64,000 bases of DNA from Dimorphilus gyrociliatus (GCA_904063045.1 CAJFCJ010000020.1:1046916-1110915), one strand, 5' to 3'; positions 26,748-39,808 are shown, counted from the stretch's first letter. Made by a program: numbers and translations. The notes: generated from the sequence alone by a model not told the origin.

Positions 26748-29588
26748 ATGCCTTCAAGTGACAATGCTGTACAAGGAACAAATGATAGTAGTAGTTTAAG
26801 TAAAGCCTCAGCCGCCAATCTAGGTTACTTTCAAGATAGTTATATCAAATACTTTACTTCAAAAAAAGTTCGTCGATCTCCACTCATTAATAGGTAACGA
26901 CATGGGTATTTGATAAAATGTAATCTATAAGTTTCTTTGATTTCTCTCCAGAGGATATTACATAAGGCAAGAGGCTGTTACAAATACTGTAATTCAGTTT
27001 TTAAATACTAAAACCTTCGCCGGCATCGAGAAGCAGGTGGAGTTATTTCCTGTTTTAATGCAGCTTTCATCTTTGCAAACTAATTTTACATGATTTTTAT
27101 AGGTTATATCTCTTGGTGCTGGTTTTGATACCTTATACTTTCGTCTGTTGGAAAAAGACTTGAAACAGGAATTAACTTTCTTGGACGTAAGTTATCCATA
27201 TAATGCACTCCTAACGCACGTGACATTTGATATTTCAAGGTCGATTTCCCAACCGTAATAAGTAGGAAAGTCAACTGTATCAGTGCCATACGAAATCATA
27301 AAATTATTAGTGAAGATGATGGTAAGTAAATATCGCTAATGTTGTTCCCAAGCACATCACTGTTATGTCTTTTAAAAAAGATAAACATCGGTTGGATCCA
27401 AACTACTTTTTGGCTGGCCTCGATATGTGCCAACCTAATTTCTTGAAAAATTTCCTTTCAATATTAAACTGGGCAGGCATGAGTAGGTATGTTCCTACCC
27501 TTGTGCTCTGCGAAGTTGTCTTACCCTATTTGGACAGCGATAAGTAACTATTAACTCTCTTCCCTCAAAGAAATGCTCCTCTCATTCTATTTCATTTTCC
27601 AACAGATATGAGTTAATTATAAATAACATCACAAAAATATTCCCCAACCTAGCGTTTGTTGCATATGAGCAAGTATTGACAGAAAACTGCTTCACCAATG
27701 TAATGTAAGAGTTTTAAACCATTCTTCTATAAGATGAATCTGGTTGAACAACTTAAAAAAGGAATTTTTTTAGGCTTCAACATTTCGAAACAATTGGAAC
27801 TCCTTTAAGAAGTATAGTAAAGTGGCCAACGGTAGCTGAACGCCTCAACATATTCTCTGAATATGATGTAATTAAACATTCTATCTTATTTTAAGAGTAG
27901 AAACACGTTAAACAAATATTTATTTTATTTTACAGAGTGCATGCGACAAGTTTTTCACCTGCAACATGAACGAATACATTAAACATTATCTAAACGAAGA
28001 GGAATTAGTGAGTTTGCTATTTGATCTATTGGTTTAGAATTTTTCATTACTAATTAATGTATTAAATATTTATTTGCCTAACAAACTATTATAAAATTCA
28101 CGATGTAATTTAAAGATATATAAATATAAATATATATTAATATGTACAATATATATATATATATATAATTTATACTTATTTTTAGGATAGAATTGATGAA
28201 TTAGAACCTTTCGATGAACACGAAGAATTCGTGCTCAAGTGCTGGCATTACATACTCTTTATTGCAACTAAAGGATTGTGTTCGATGGTAGAATATCCTC
28301 AAAGTTTCGTTCCAAGTCCCAAGAGTTTTATTAGTGGTAATCTCGATTTGAAGCTACTTGCGATGAAGCCATATATGTGCTACGGACATTCGGCAACAAA
28401 ATTTGGTCGAAATGTTTTACTAATAGGAGGATTTGGTCGTTCACCTGACGGTAGCGATAGCCGAGTTAAAGACATTAAATGTTTCCATCCAGATATCGTC
28501 AACTTCAAGCCTATATCTAGTGAAATTCCCCTTGAGCTAATGCATCACACATCTCATTCAATAAGTGACACTGAAACCCTTTGTATCGGTGGTAGGAAAT
28601 CTCCCCGACAAATTAATTCAGATCTCTACCTCATTAAAGAGAGTATGAAAGAAAATGAGATTGACATTGCGGAGATAAAATGCAACTGTCACAAGGAACT
28701 TTTGCAGAGATGGCGTCATGCAGGAGATATTATAACCTTAAACGGTAAAAATTTAAAAAACAAACTCTTGTCCATAGCATAATGTTAATTAATACGATTT
28801 GATATATTATAGGAAGGAGAGGAATATTTATCCATGGCGGGAAAAGAAACGGTAAAATCATAAGTGATCCCATTATTGTTTGGTTAGACAATTATTCTAT
28901 TGAAAAAGTGTGTTAATTTATATTTTTATTATTACCAGACATTTAAATATTATCAATTGCTTTAGATTGAATTTAAAACTGAGTTACCTTATCTTCATTC
29001 TCATACCATAACTGCAATATCCAACGATACAGCCGTACTTATTGGCGGCTTGGCGAAATCAGGAACATCTTCTTCTGCAGTATATCGATTAAATTTTAAG
29101 GAAAGCACGTACGAAAAAATTCTCGATCGTTCTATTTGTTCAAGGTATTTTATGTTTGTAGAAATGAAATTTGCGATTAATCTATACATTTTTACTCCTT
29201 TTTATAACTAGATTTTCACATACCGTTCATTACCTCAATGACAAGCTAATAATAATTGGAGGTGTAAGTTATGACTCACAATTACCCGATGTGAGTGTAG
29301 TTTGTCTTAATAGATTAAGCGTTTTAAGTAATTATACGTTACAAGCAGAAGAGGATACTCGGGTAATATTTTCAAATATACGATATTACGTTGAAGAATA
29401 TTATTAACAGTCTTTATTTTTCTTTACTATAGCTTGCCTTCCATTGTCATGCTTCTGTTCTTGTCAACGATAATATATATATATTTGGAGGAGGGGGCAA
29501 CTACTTCTCGTTCGGATCTCATTTTAATGAATTCCCGATATTGTTAGAAACAAACGCAATGAGTGCCAATTGGGAGCTGGACGAATAA
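26748..29588 (+). CDS. LCMT2: tRNA wybutosine-synthesizing protein 4 / leucine carboxyl methyltransferase 2 (LCM domain + kelch repeats), multi-exon
   Basis: AVQGTNDSSSLSK, RRSPLINRGYYIR, VISLGAGFDT, ELEPFDEHEEF..KCWHYILFIA, kelch motifs (GHSA..IGGFG, RWRHA) and C-terminal GGGGNYFSFGSHFN. Confidence 0.9.
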
Positions 29589-29912
29589 ATAATTGTTTTT
29601 GCAAATTGCATTCAAACTCATTAATTTTTTTTAAAAACTGACTTCTAATTAAAGAATGTTGCTAAATTGTTTAGAAATGTGTCTTTTTAAAGTATAAAAT
29701 ATACATCGACTACTGAAATAACTAGCGCCATCTCTTTTAAATTCCGAATATTCTAGAACAAGTTTAGAGTTCTCTTGGTCAAGGTCAATTTTGTAATCTA
29801 GAAGAATCGTTCACAATTAAAATATATCCTACGTAATTCATTTTTATCTTTAACGAAATTCGTCTTATTTTATATTTAAAAAGTTAGAAAAAAATTAATT
29901 ATTTCTTACAGA

Positions 29913-31043
29913 ATGGAAAACTTACAATTTGAGTCTTCTCAGAGCGTCTTACTCTTATGGGATTCTCTGCAAGCGTCTGCTTTGCCAGAGATTGTACAAT
30001 TTATCGAAAATAGAGTTGGAAAATCGGGTCGTGTTCAATGTGAAAATGTGTCTATGTTGACAAAATGTAAGATTTTATATAAAATACATGTTGATGAATT
30101 ATTTTATCGATGATTTAGCGAATCACAAGGCATCGAATTTCGATTTGGCCATAAGCGGTTTCCCTTTACCTTCATTTACTGTGCATAGTAATGATCTCTT
30201 GGAGGAAATTGCTCGAATACTTAAACCAGGTGGAAAGTTACACGTCGTTGAAGCTATAACTGATTCAAGAACAGAAAGTCAAATAGCGTCCTCACTAAAA
30301 CTTTCAGGCTTCATATCAATAGAAAAGGTAAAGCACAAATACAAAAGATAATTATAGATTGCTAATTCAACTTAAGTCTGACGCAATTTATTTACAGAAA
30401 TCATTAAAAATTGAAGAAAATCTTTTAAAAGCCTACCAGGAACATTTAAAAGCAAACAACCTGTCATTAAATCTATTCACTTCTTCGAAGCCCAATTTCG
30501 AAATTGGTGCGAAAATAGCCTTGAAATTACCTGGCATGACAGGTAGGGTATTATTTGAACTTAATATTTTTCAATAAAAATGAAATATCCTCCCAAAAAT
30601 ACGTATTTTTAGCTCCAGCTCCTCAACAAACTGTGTGGGCCTTAAACGCAGACGATGCGAATGATGATATGGACATTATTGACACTGATGATTTACTTGA
30701 TGATGCAGACTTAAAAAAACCCGACGCTGAATCCCTTAGAGGTAAAATCTCAAAGAGTTAAACTTCAAAAGATTTTTCAATGAAATAATTATTTAAACTT
30801 ATTCTAGCATCATGTGGAGATGCACAGAAAAAGAAGAAAGCTTGCAAAAATTGTACATGTGGGCTTGCTGAAGAGTTGGAAAATGAAGAAAAATCAAAAG
30901 CACCAGCTCCGAAATCAAGTTGCGGAAGTTGTTACTTAGGCGATGCTTTTAGGTGTGCAAGTTGCCCTTATCTAGGTAGGCCTGCTTTCAAGCCAGGTGA
31001 AAAAGTCTCTCTGACCGATACTCAAATGAAAGCAGACATATAA
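29913..31043 (+). CDS. CIAPIN1: Anamorsin / Fe-S cluster assembly protein DRE2 homolog, multi-exon
   Basis: [11 protein letters not shown] methyltransferase-like domain, [15 protein letters not shown] and [32 protein letters not shown] motifs. Confidence 0.95.
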
Positions 31044-31160
31044 CACCTTACCTAAGATAAAATAAAAATAAATAATGTAAAAATTTTCCGTCAAACGTCG
31101 TCATTTTTCTTTATCAAAAGTTAACAAAGTAACAAATTAATTCTTTGATATCTAGTAATC

Positions 31161-32348
31161 TTAAACTAATTGTGGAATAGTTATAGTTAAAAGATTGTTT
31201 TTCTTCGAAAATTTCGTAGACACTCTTTCCCAATTTATATTTTTCTTGAATTTATATTCCAATTCGTAATTATCTGCCTTTAAAACTAGATCTGTCTGCA
31301 AGATGGGAAAAACAATTTTTAAAGGGCAGTTAATAGAAATATTTAATTTCTAATAGTTTACCTCACTCATATCCAAATCGCAGCTCGAGGCTTTCACACC
31401 GGGAAGAGATATTTTCATTAAGTAAGTTGGTACTCCCTCTTTTATTTCATCAGATATTTTATAAGTAGGAGTCAAATATTTTGGTGCTACTTCTTCTATC
31501 AGACATGTTTTTGTTGCTTTCTCATTAACACCTGGTATAATGATATCAGGATTCTCATTATCTGAACTTTTACGGGTGATGATATCTTCAGTTGTAACTT
31601 CATTTACTGTCTTATGCTCAGGTAACAAAGAAGCTATTGGCGCAAACTCTTTCAAATATTCCATGCTATCATCTGCTTTTTGATTATAAGCTTTTAGCAA
31701 AGAGTTGACTATTGTCTTTAAGTCTCCATGATATAGCTTATTGTCACCTTCTATTTCATAATTTATTCTCAACTTTACATTACGATTTTCCTCAATAAAA
31801 GAAATTGTTAATCCTATTAAGCACTCGCGCTTTTCTGGTGAACCATTTCGACCCATTTCTTCGAGAACTTTTGAATTTAATGCTACAGTTATAGATTTAC
31901 TATCATTGGAAATATCGTAAATTGGTCCCCCAGCTATTGGTACAGGGTGTGTTTCACTCTTTGGTTCAGGAAGACGATTCCATGTAACGAAATTTATATA
32001 TAGGTTTTTTTTTTCATCCAAGTCCTATGATTAAAATAAAACATCTTAGGTTTTTGTCATTGTACGAATTTTTTTGTGCTGCTCAGTGACTACCTTAAAC
32101 TGTACTTTTAAACACATGTGGGGTTCTATGGGCTTTCTTGAATTCACGATTTCTTTTCCAGCCTTTAACTGCTCATCTATGAACTTTCTGTACAAAAGGA
32201 TCGGTTCTCTTAAGGACTAGAAGAAATTTTTGTATGATCAGACTCGCCTGTATTTCGCAGGATCCGTTTCTCTCATGTCATTTAGCATTGACCATATATG
32301 TGATGCTTTCTGAAGATATTTTTCTTTATCAATATTATCTTCATCCAT
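31161..32348 (-). CDS. PIH1D2: PIH1 domain-containing protein 2-like, multi-exon
   Basis: IWSMLNDMRETDPAKYRKFIDEQLKAG, LYINFVTWNRLPEPKSETHPVP and C-terminal CS-like domain ending KFSKKNNLLTITIP. Confidence 0.8.
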
Positions 32349-32791
32349 TCTGGTTAAATCGACTTTTTATAAAACGCCGATTTTAATCTTCTATTCAATA
32401 TGAATTTATCGATGTTTACAATGGCAACGAATATCTGGACTACGCTAAACAATTGAAACGTTTTCGACAATGATTAAGTTCAGTTGCGTTATCTTGAATT
32501 TTCGCATGTTTATTCAATTTGTTTCTCACTGATGTTAATATCAAATTTTATATAGCACTTTTGTAAATTTTTTGGTTTCAATGGAAAAATTGTTAAGAGA
32601 GAAACTTAATTATTTTTTGCTGATGGATCGTCAATTTGAAGAGTTGTGTGTATAATGCTACCATCTCGTAAGTTTTGTAAATTTAAAACTACTTATAATG
32701 AATGCAATAAAACTACGACAACCAGAGAAGCAAAAGTCAGTTCCAACAATTTCAACATTTTTATTTGTTGAAAAACGTTATATACATTAGT

Positions 32792-33441
32792 CTACTTCTT
32801 ACTGAAGTACTGATTAATGGTATCCAAGGCTTCTGTTTCTTTACCATAATCTCTGACAACAACGCAACTACATCCAACAACTTTACGGGCTTTGCCTTCA
32901 CGATCAATTTTACATAATCCAGCCCATTCGCCCAACTTTTTGTTATCATCAACCTGTCAGTAGAAAAAAGTTAGTCATATACACATAGAAATACATATTA
33001 AGCTTCAAATGTTTCAATATAATCAGACAGATGCATTCATCATTATAATATGAAGAGGGCGCATGTAAGTTTCATCATGCTCAAATATACGAAGCATACA
33101 ACAGCAAATTATTTACTATTCACTTACTCTCAGTAAATTGATGCCATGTTCAGCACAGAGAGCTTCTACAAGCTTAACATATCCGGGTTCATCACAATTA
33201 TTTGCAAGAACGCACAGATGTGCTTGACGCTTATCTAATGCTTTGGCACATTCGTGCAATCCTCTGGCAAGGCCATCGGATACCAGGGAGGTTTTAAGTA
33301 CTTCTTGTAGAGCTGTGTAAACGTTCATAGAATCTCCAGTCGCTGGCGACATGGGAACATCATCTCTGAAGAAGTTATAAAGTTAAATGTAAACTTAGTT
33401 GATGGTATTATAGAGACTACATACCCTTCCGCGTCAGACAT
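32792..33441 (-). CDS. RPS12: 40S ribosomal protein S12 (eS12), 3 coding exons
   Basis: [37 protein letters not shown]...[28 protein letters not shown]. Confidence 0.97.
33018..33083 (-). ncRNA. Candidate intronic box C/D snoRNA in RPS12 intron
   Basis: On the minus strand: ATGATGA (C box) ... ATGATGA (C'-like) ... CTGA (D box) within ~56 nt, in an intron clearly longer than the local norm of a ribosomal-protein host gene. Terminal stem is weak and no target was identified. Confidence 0.45.
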
Positions 33442-33612
33442 GGTTTTAATAGCGGATGTCCTCCTATTAGAAAAAATAATGCTCAAGATACATCGAATAA
33501 ATATTTATATACAAGAGCCTAACAAATGATTGAGCTAATTTAGCATTTTAACGTCGAAATTTTTAGATTTTTGTCTACTTACAATGAGCCCAAATAACTA
33601 CACGTGAGGTAA

Positions 33613-33628
33613 CAGGAAAAAGGAAGTT
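33613..33628 (-). promoter_or_regulatory. Pyrimidine-rich TCT/5'TOP-like initiator of RPS12
   Basis: Minus strand AACTTCCTTTTTCCTG upstream of a 5'UTR intron. A near-identical tract precedes RPL24. Confidence 0.55.
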
Positions 33629-34195
33629 ACATCTGTTTCCAAAGATTTTCGTAGACGTAAAATATTAATAAAAAACTTTTAATAATTAATTTTAATTATT
33701 TTCATAAGTATGATATTTTATCAAAAAATATATAAAAATTTACGATTAATGAAAGATCACTTCCGGCAAATCTTCTGGCGCGAAAGAACAAATTGTGAAA
33801 TATCATAATATAAACATTTTCTGATAAGTGGTTCTTAATCAAAAACATTCGGTATTAAGAAGTAAGTAATAAAAAATGAGACTACATTTTTTACCTGAAA
33901 AATGGAAAAATTTTTGTTTTGAAAACTCGACAGTTAAATTATTGTGAATTCTTCAACTTAAGACGAAAAATTCTCTGACCAATTGTAATAGAAACTGGTA
34001 ACAAAGGAGCGCCAAAGCGTTTAAAATAAGATTAAAATAAACACTGACGACATAGCAGTTGTCTGAATACTTTTTAAAACTACTTTAGGTTTTTGAATTA
34101 TTAAATTCCCTTATCCGAAGTCAAAAAAAGTAAACTTTGGTAATTTTTAGCTAAAATCTTTTACTTTCAAAAGCTCCGGACTAAATATAAACGTT

Positions 34196-35625
34196 ATGGA
34201 AATCCAACACAGCAATCATGAAGGGTGAGTTCTCTACGCAAACTTTTAAAATGTTAATAGAAATTCTTCGGCGTCAGCGTTTGAAGAATTTTTTTAAAAC
34301 TGATACAAAAACTGTTTACCCATTTGAAAAAAAACGGTTTTTTTTTCAAAATCATGTTTCAACTTTTTCAGGGCGATAAAGAGTACATCTGCAGTTACAT
34401 TGACAAGGGAAAATGATTTAAATCTATCATCACCATTATTGTTGGGGAAACTAGAGGATATTTCGAGAAAAAGCGCCTCAACAAGAATGGGTACTTTTGG
34501 TCGCCGTCTACATTCGCTCTTCATTGATTATATTAACAAAAAAGATCAGAAAGAGCCACTGCCGAAGATTGACGAATTAATTGAAGCTGGTTTAACTGTT
34601 CAAAGCGAGCCAAACACATCCAGATTTAAAGAAAGTATTCGATCAAAGTTTAAAGCATGGGCAAGGAAGTTGAAAGTAGAAAATGAGATATTAATACATG
34701 CTCAATCGGGAAAAATTGTACTCTGTCGAGAAGATCTCATCAGTGAAATTATGAGAATTCACTCAAGAAACTATTTACCAGGAGATAAACATGTATCAGC
34801 TAGTTCCGTATTTCATACGGTTAGTTCGTTCAAATAATTTGATTCCGTATTATAACAATATATATCTTTACAGATGGACCAGTCTATTTCCATGGGCTCG
34901 TACCAGTTCGGATTAAGTGAGGATGAAGTTCGTGCTATTGTCAGACAATGTCAGGATGTAAAGTGTGCCGCCAAAAGAATCCGCCGAAACAACATTTTAC
35001 AAAAGTGCAAAATATTACAGTTCGACTTACGAAATTCCCTACTATCTTATTTTAGTGTATTTTATAATTTGCAGAGATAGAGAGGAACCGATGGACTACC
35101 AACAAGAACCTCTAGACTTGTCAAAAAAGATGTGTGAAGAAATTCCAACTCGAAATACATTGGATTTCGTCATGAAATTTGATATTGAAAACATGCAAAT
35201 CAGTAATATTATATATAATATGCATTCGAATATTTCATTAGTTACTATATAATTTTCAACAATAATACTATCAACTAATATCTATTTTAGAATTTAACGT
35301 TACTCCAAAGCAAATGAAATATATAAAATTATTTACAGATGATAGCAAGACACCAGAAATCAAGGAGGAATCAAATTCACTCTCAGACCTCCTAGACAAC
35401 AGTAAAATTCCAGTTAATGTAGCTCTACTTCGCGAAGAGACCTTCACAAAGATAATTGAAATAATAAGAAGCTTTAGAGGAATTTTGTTTAAAGAATGCT
35501 CTTCCACAACACCAAAAAAGCGTCCATTGGAGCAAGAGATATCAAAACTTCAAGCCTTGATTCGCCAAGAAAAACTACTTTGTGAGGCTTGCGGTGATCA
35601 TACCATAGAAATCAATGAAGCATGA
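34196..35625 (+). CDS. NOL4-like nuclear protein (integrase-type H2C2 zinc-binding-like domain, PLDLS CtBP-binding motif), ~5 exons
   Basis: SKFKAWARK...EDLISEIMRIH...KH...VRQCQDVKC resembles the NOL4/NOL4L N-terminal domain. Downstream exon has QEPLDLSKK, and the last exon is 35314-35625. Confidence 0.5.
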
Positions 35626-35726
35626 ACAAATTGAACTTTTAGACAACTTTTTACAGAAGTTTTAAATTAAATAATGCATAAATTACAAAAATGCTTTAAA
35701 AAGAGCTAAGTACAATCTTGCACTTG

Positions 35727-36268
35727 CTACTGTCTCTCTTCCCTCATCGCTCGGTATTTATTTAGCTCGTGAGGAAATGTCTTGTTTAGTTCAACCATAA
35801 GATGTCCTCGAAGTTTCTGTGATATTTGAAATATGTGTTCAAGTAATTTAATCAAAATATATTTTTCTTATATATAATATATATTACATTCAAAGCCTCA
35901 ATTTTTCCACGAACTTCTTCATTTTTTGCTTTGGATTTTTCCATGCATTCTTTAGTATATAGTTGAGGATTTCGACCTTGATCAATGTACTCAAAAACAT
36001 CCACTGGAACCTGCACATCTTGTACTGATCCTCTCATTCGATCTAAGTCTTTCATGACTGTTATCATATTATTTCTGTTGAGGGGTTGCAATCAAACAAG
36101 TTAAGATTGAGATACATAATTAGAAATAAGATAAAATAAAACAAACAGTTTCTTGTTTAATACTTCTTGACTCTGTGGCTGAAAATCAGCCACCATAATT
36201 CCTAATTGACGAGAATGTTCAATAAAAAGTTCTAGCTGCTGTTCTAATTGCTCAAATTTATCCGCCAT
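35727..36268 (-). CDS. MED10: Mediator complex subunit 10
   Basis: MADKFEQLEQQLELFIEHSRQLGIMVADFQPQSQ...VQVPVDVFEYIDQGRNPQLYTKECMEK. Confidence 0.95.
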
Positions 36269-36334
36269 CTTTAAATAACTACCGGTTTCTATTTTTCACA
36301 AAAAATATATTACTCCCATAATTCCGTTGCCTGC

Positions 36335-36346
36335 AACTTCCTTTTC
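36335..36346 (+). promoter_or_regulatory. Pyrimidine-rich TCT/5'TOP-like initiator of RPL24
   Basis: AACTTCCTTTTC, 16-27 nt before the RPL24 ATG. Confidence 0.55.
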
Positions 36347-36361
36347 AGAACTTCCGTCATT

Positions 36362-37116
36362 ATGAAGTGAGTGTTTATTGCAAAGATCCTTAAAAATCTC
36401 GTATAATCATCTCGGATAATAAATTAAACCTCATGCTTTGAAAGGATCATAATATTAACTAAACACATAATTAATTTCAGGACCGAGTTGTGCGCGTTTA
36501 GTGGTTTTAAGATCTACCCCGGCCACGGCAAACGTGTCGTGAAAATAGATGGGAAGGTGCTTGTTTCATACTCCTTTGGAGTCCCTATTAATTCGAATAT
36601 TTCGTAGGTCTTTCATTTCATCAACGGAAAATGCGAAAGATCGCAACAATTGAAGCGTAACCCACGCAAAATCAACTGGACTGTCTTGTACAGACGTAAA
36701 ATGAAGAAGAATGCCAGCGAAGAGACATCTAAAAAGAGAACTCGCAGAACTCAAAAGTTCCAGAGAGCTATTACAGGAGCTACTCTTAACGACATCATGG
36801 CTAAGCGTAATCAGAAGCCAGAAGTAAGAAAAGCTCAAAGAGAACAAGCCATCAGAGCTGCAAAGGAAAAACAAAGAGCTAAGGAGCAAGTAAAGAAAGC
36901 CACACAAAAGGTACATTTTTAAATCAATCACAAAATGATATAACAAATAGACAAATCATAAATTATACTTAACATTATCTTTATAATAATTTTTAACATT
37001 GTCTGATGTAATATAGCAATTTATTTGTCTACTAATTACAGGCAACCAAGCAGCCGAAACAGAAGTTCGCTAAAAACCAACCCAAGAGCGCTCCTCGTGT
37101 CGGTGGCAAGCGATAA
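36362..37116 (+). CDS. RPL24: 60S ribosomal protein L24 (eL24), 4 exons
   Basis: MK|[18 protein letters not shown]...[16 protein letters not shown]...[29 protein letters not shown]...PRVGGKR. Confidence 0.97.
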
Positions 37117-37386
37117 ACTTTTAAATATTTTCCGTATTTAAAGTTCTTGAAATAAACGTTCGATTATGACTAAGACATTGAGAAGTCTAGGTGTTAAAAG
37201 AGCTAATTTGATGGTTTTTGACATTGCCTTCACACATAGGGATTAAATTATTAAACAAAGTCATTCATTATTACATTTTTGATATATTTATACCTCAACG
37301 CGCTGCCGGTAGTTTTTACACAAAACGAAACATGCCCAATAGATAGTACACTATCCACATTTAAAATAGCAGAGGTTCTATTTATT

Positions 37387-38770
37387 ATGTTGTTAATAAA
37401 GAAAACAGGATATTTATTGAGCCGACGGTGCCAATCTACGTTTACTAAAGTTTGGCTAAAGAAAGATATAGATTATTGCATTGACCTTGTAAAGTAAGAT
37501 TGAAAATTTTGTAATTCATGAGCGATAATGAATAAGTGAACAGGCAGCACGATTATGAGACTTATATCACAACCTTACTTCTGCCTCAAGAAGCACGAAT
37601 TCCAGTATTTGGATTAAGAGCTTTAAACGTTGAAATAGCAAAAGTATGTACAATAATATTTACTAAATATGCTTTATTAAAAAACTGGTGAATATTCGTA
37701 AGGTGCCGGATTCTGTTACAGATAAAAACACTGGTAAAACTAGATTAATATTTTGGGGAAATTGTATCAAGAGCACAAGTCAGGTTCGTTAATATTTATT
37801 CAATGAATTAACCTAACTTAAAGTATGTATTTTCATTTCTTATCATAAGGGTAAACCACCTAAAACTCCTGTAGCATCTTTACTATCCAAAGTTTTAGCA
37901 AGCTACAAGTTACCCGAAGATCGTCTTCTCGACCTTGTAACCGCAAGAGTTAGTTTTCTTTTTCATTCTTTATTGATATATTCAACTAGAAGATAATATT
38001 TGTTCTAGGAAATACACTTTTCAAGCCAGCTACCTGAAACTATAGCTGATATTGAAAACTATGCAAAGAATACTACTTCTAATCTACTGGAACTAACCTT
38101 AGAGATACTAGGTAATCATCTTTATGTTTTATGAGCCTCTCTTTCAAGTGGTTAAAAATCAACAGGCAGCCCTAATGACGAAGCAAAAAAAATGGCTGAA
38201 TGTGTCGGAAAAGCTCAAGGCTTAACAACAATGTTGAGGGCGGTCCCATTTCACGCAACCTGTGGAAGGATTCTACTTCCAAAAGACCTGTTTGAGAAGG
38301 TTGGCTATTAGCATATAACAACACTAGTTATATTATATATAGATAATTTCAGTACAATCTTAGTTACAAAGAAATTCTTAAAGGTAAATTAACCGATAAT
38401 GGAAGAAACCTTGTTTCAGAAGTTATTAATCTTGTCAATCAGCATTTGGAAGAAGTAAGAAATTACTTAAAATTTCTTTTAATACCAACTTATACATATA
38501 TATTTTTTCTTCGATTAGGCTCGTTCAATAGGAAAAAACTGCGATGCAAAGTTTAGAAATGCTATGCTTCCAGCGGTAAATAACATAACACCATGCTCAT
38601 TGATATTATAACTAAATTTTATTTTTTATCCATTTAAATAGGTAATCATCGAATCATATATTAAACAACTAAAAAAGCAAAATAGAGACCTTTTCCATCC
38701 ATCATTACAAACAAGAACTGCTTTGTTACCTTTAAAATTACTTTTCTATAAAAATATCCGAAAATTTTGA
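37387..38770 (+). CDS. NDUFAF6: NADH dehydrogenase complex I assembly factor 6 (squalene/phytoene synthase-like), multi-exon
   Basis: [59 protein letters not shown]. Confidence 0.9.
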
Positions 38771-39110
38771 AGTAAATTAAATTCTTGTAAAATAAAACCG
38801 CTCTATAATGAAATGATTCATACAATTTAACTGAAGATGTAACACGAGAAATAGAATAGAGAAAGGGAGAAAGAAAGAATGATGAATATATAAGATATAA
38901 TATACGAGAGAGCGAGAAGATAGGCCAGTTTTTCTTTTTTTCCTTGTACAATAACGTTGAGAGAGAATGTTTAAAGTTCGTTTTTCTTTATATTGATTAC
39001 GAGTTCTCAATTTAAATAAGATAAAGGCCAATGAGATTTAGTGAGTACTCTTTGCTGGTAATTTATTTAATTGATATGTAAGGATAAATTCTTTATTACA
39101 CATTAGCCAA

Positions 39111-39680
39111 ATGAATAACAATAATTGGACTTTGAATGATCAAGGTTTAAATGCTCAGAAATCTTCTCAGCATCTTTGCCAGGAGCTACTGAGTGGATTG
39201 AGAGAAAATTTATTGGATGAAAGACAAAGTATGAATTATCGTCTAAAGTATAAAAGTTCTCAAGAACAAAGAAAAAGATATCAGGAGGAAAATTTAAATA
39301 ATCCTTCAAATGTACTATTAGACAGTAGCAAATTAGGTAGATTTTAATTTACTCATATCAATAGGAACAGAAGAGAAGAGCCAATCCATTAGTCTTAATT
39401 AAAAGAGATGTTATAGATGAGTATTTGTATCATAGAGAAGAATTCTTAAAGGGTCTTAAAGTACGATAAATCTTTTATTACAAGTAACTTTCCTTTATCG
39501 TACCCTCAACTTTTTTCTTTAAATAGAAAGGGGAAGTCGTTTATATGTTTCCGGAAACAATTGACTCTGATAGCGTTGAATGCTCCCATCCGGGTAGAAA
39601 AGTATCAGGTAGAGTATTAATTTCTGATATAGACTTTGTTTCTAATGTTACCTTAGAGAAAACGAATTAAATTGATGAAA
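39111..39680 (+). CDS. Hypothetical small protein, exon structure uncertain
   Basis: 78-aa ORF followed by GT-AG-flanked segments with coding-like composition. No recognisable domain, and reading frames do not join cleanly. Confidence 0.3.
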
Positions 39681-39808
39681 GTTCAATACGTGTTATTATA
39701 TTATTTTTTTACAGTTTCTCTCAATTTCGTCTGTTCTTTACTTTCTATACATTTCTCATAGTATTGTGAAACTAAATAGTCATATTTTTTCCTATAAAAG
39801 TCTTCAGA

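Noticed and set aside
36910-37040. snoRNA in the last RPL24 intron
   Set aside because: Only a degenerate C box and a CTGA in extremely AT-rich sequence, with no stem or guide
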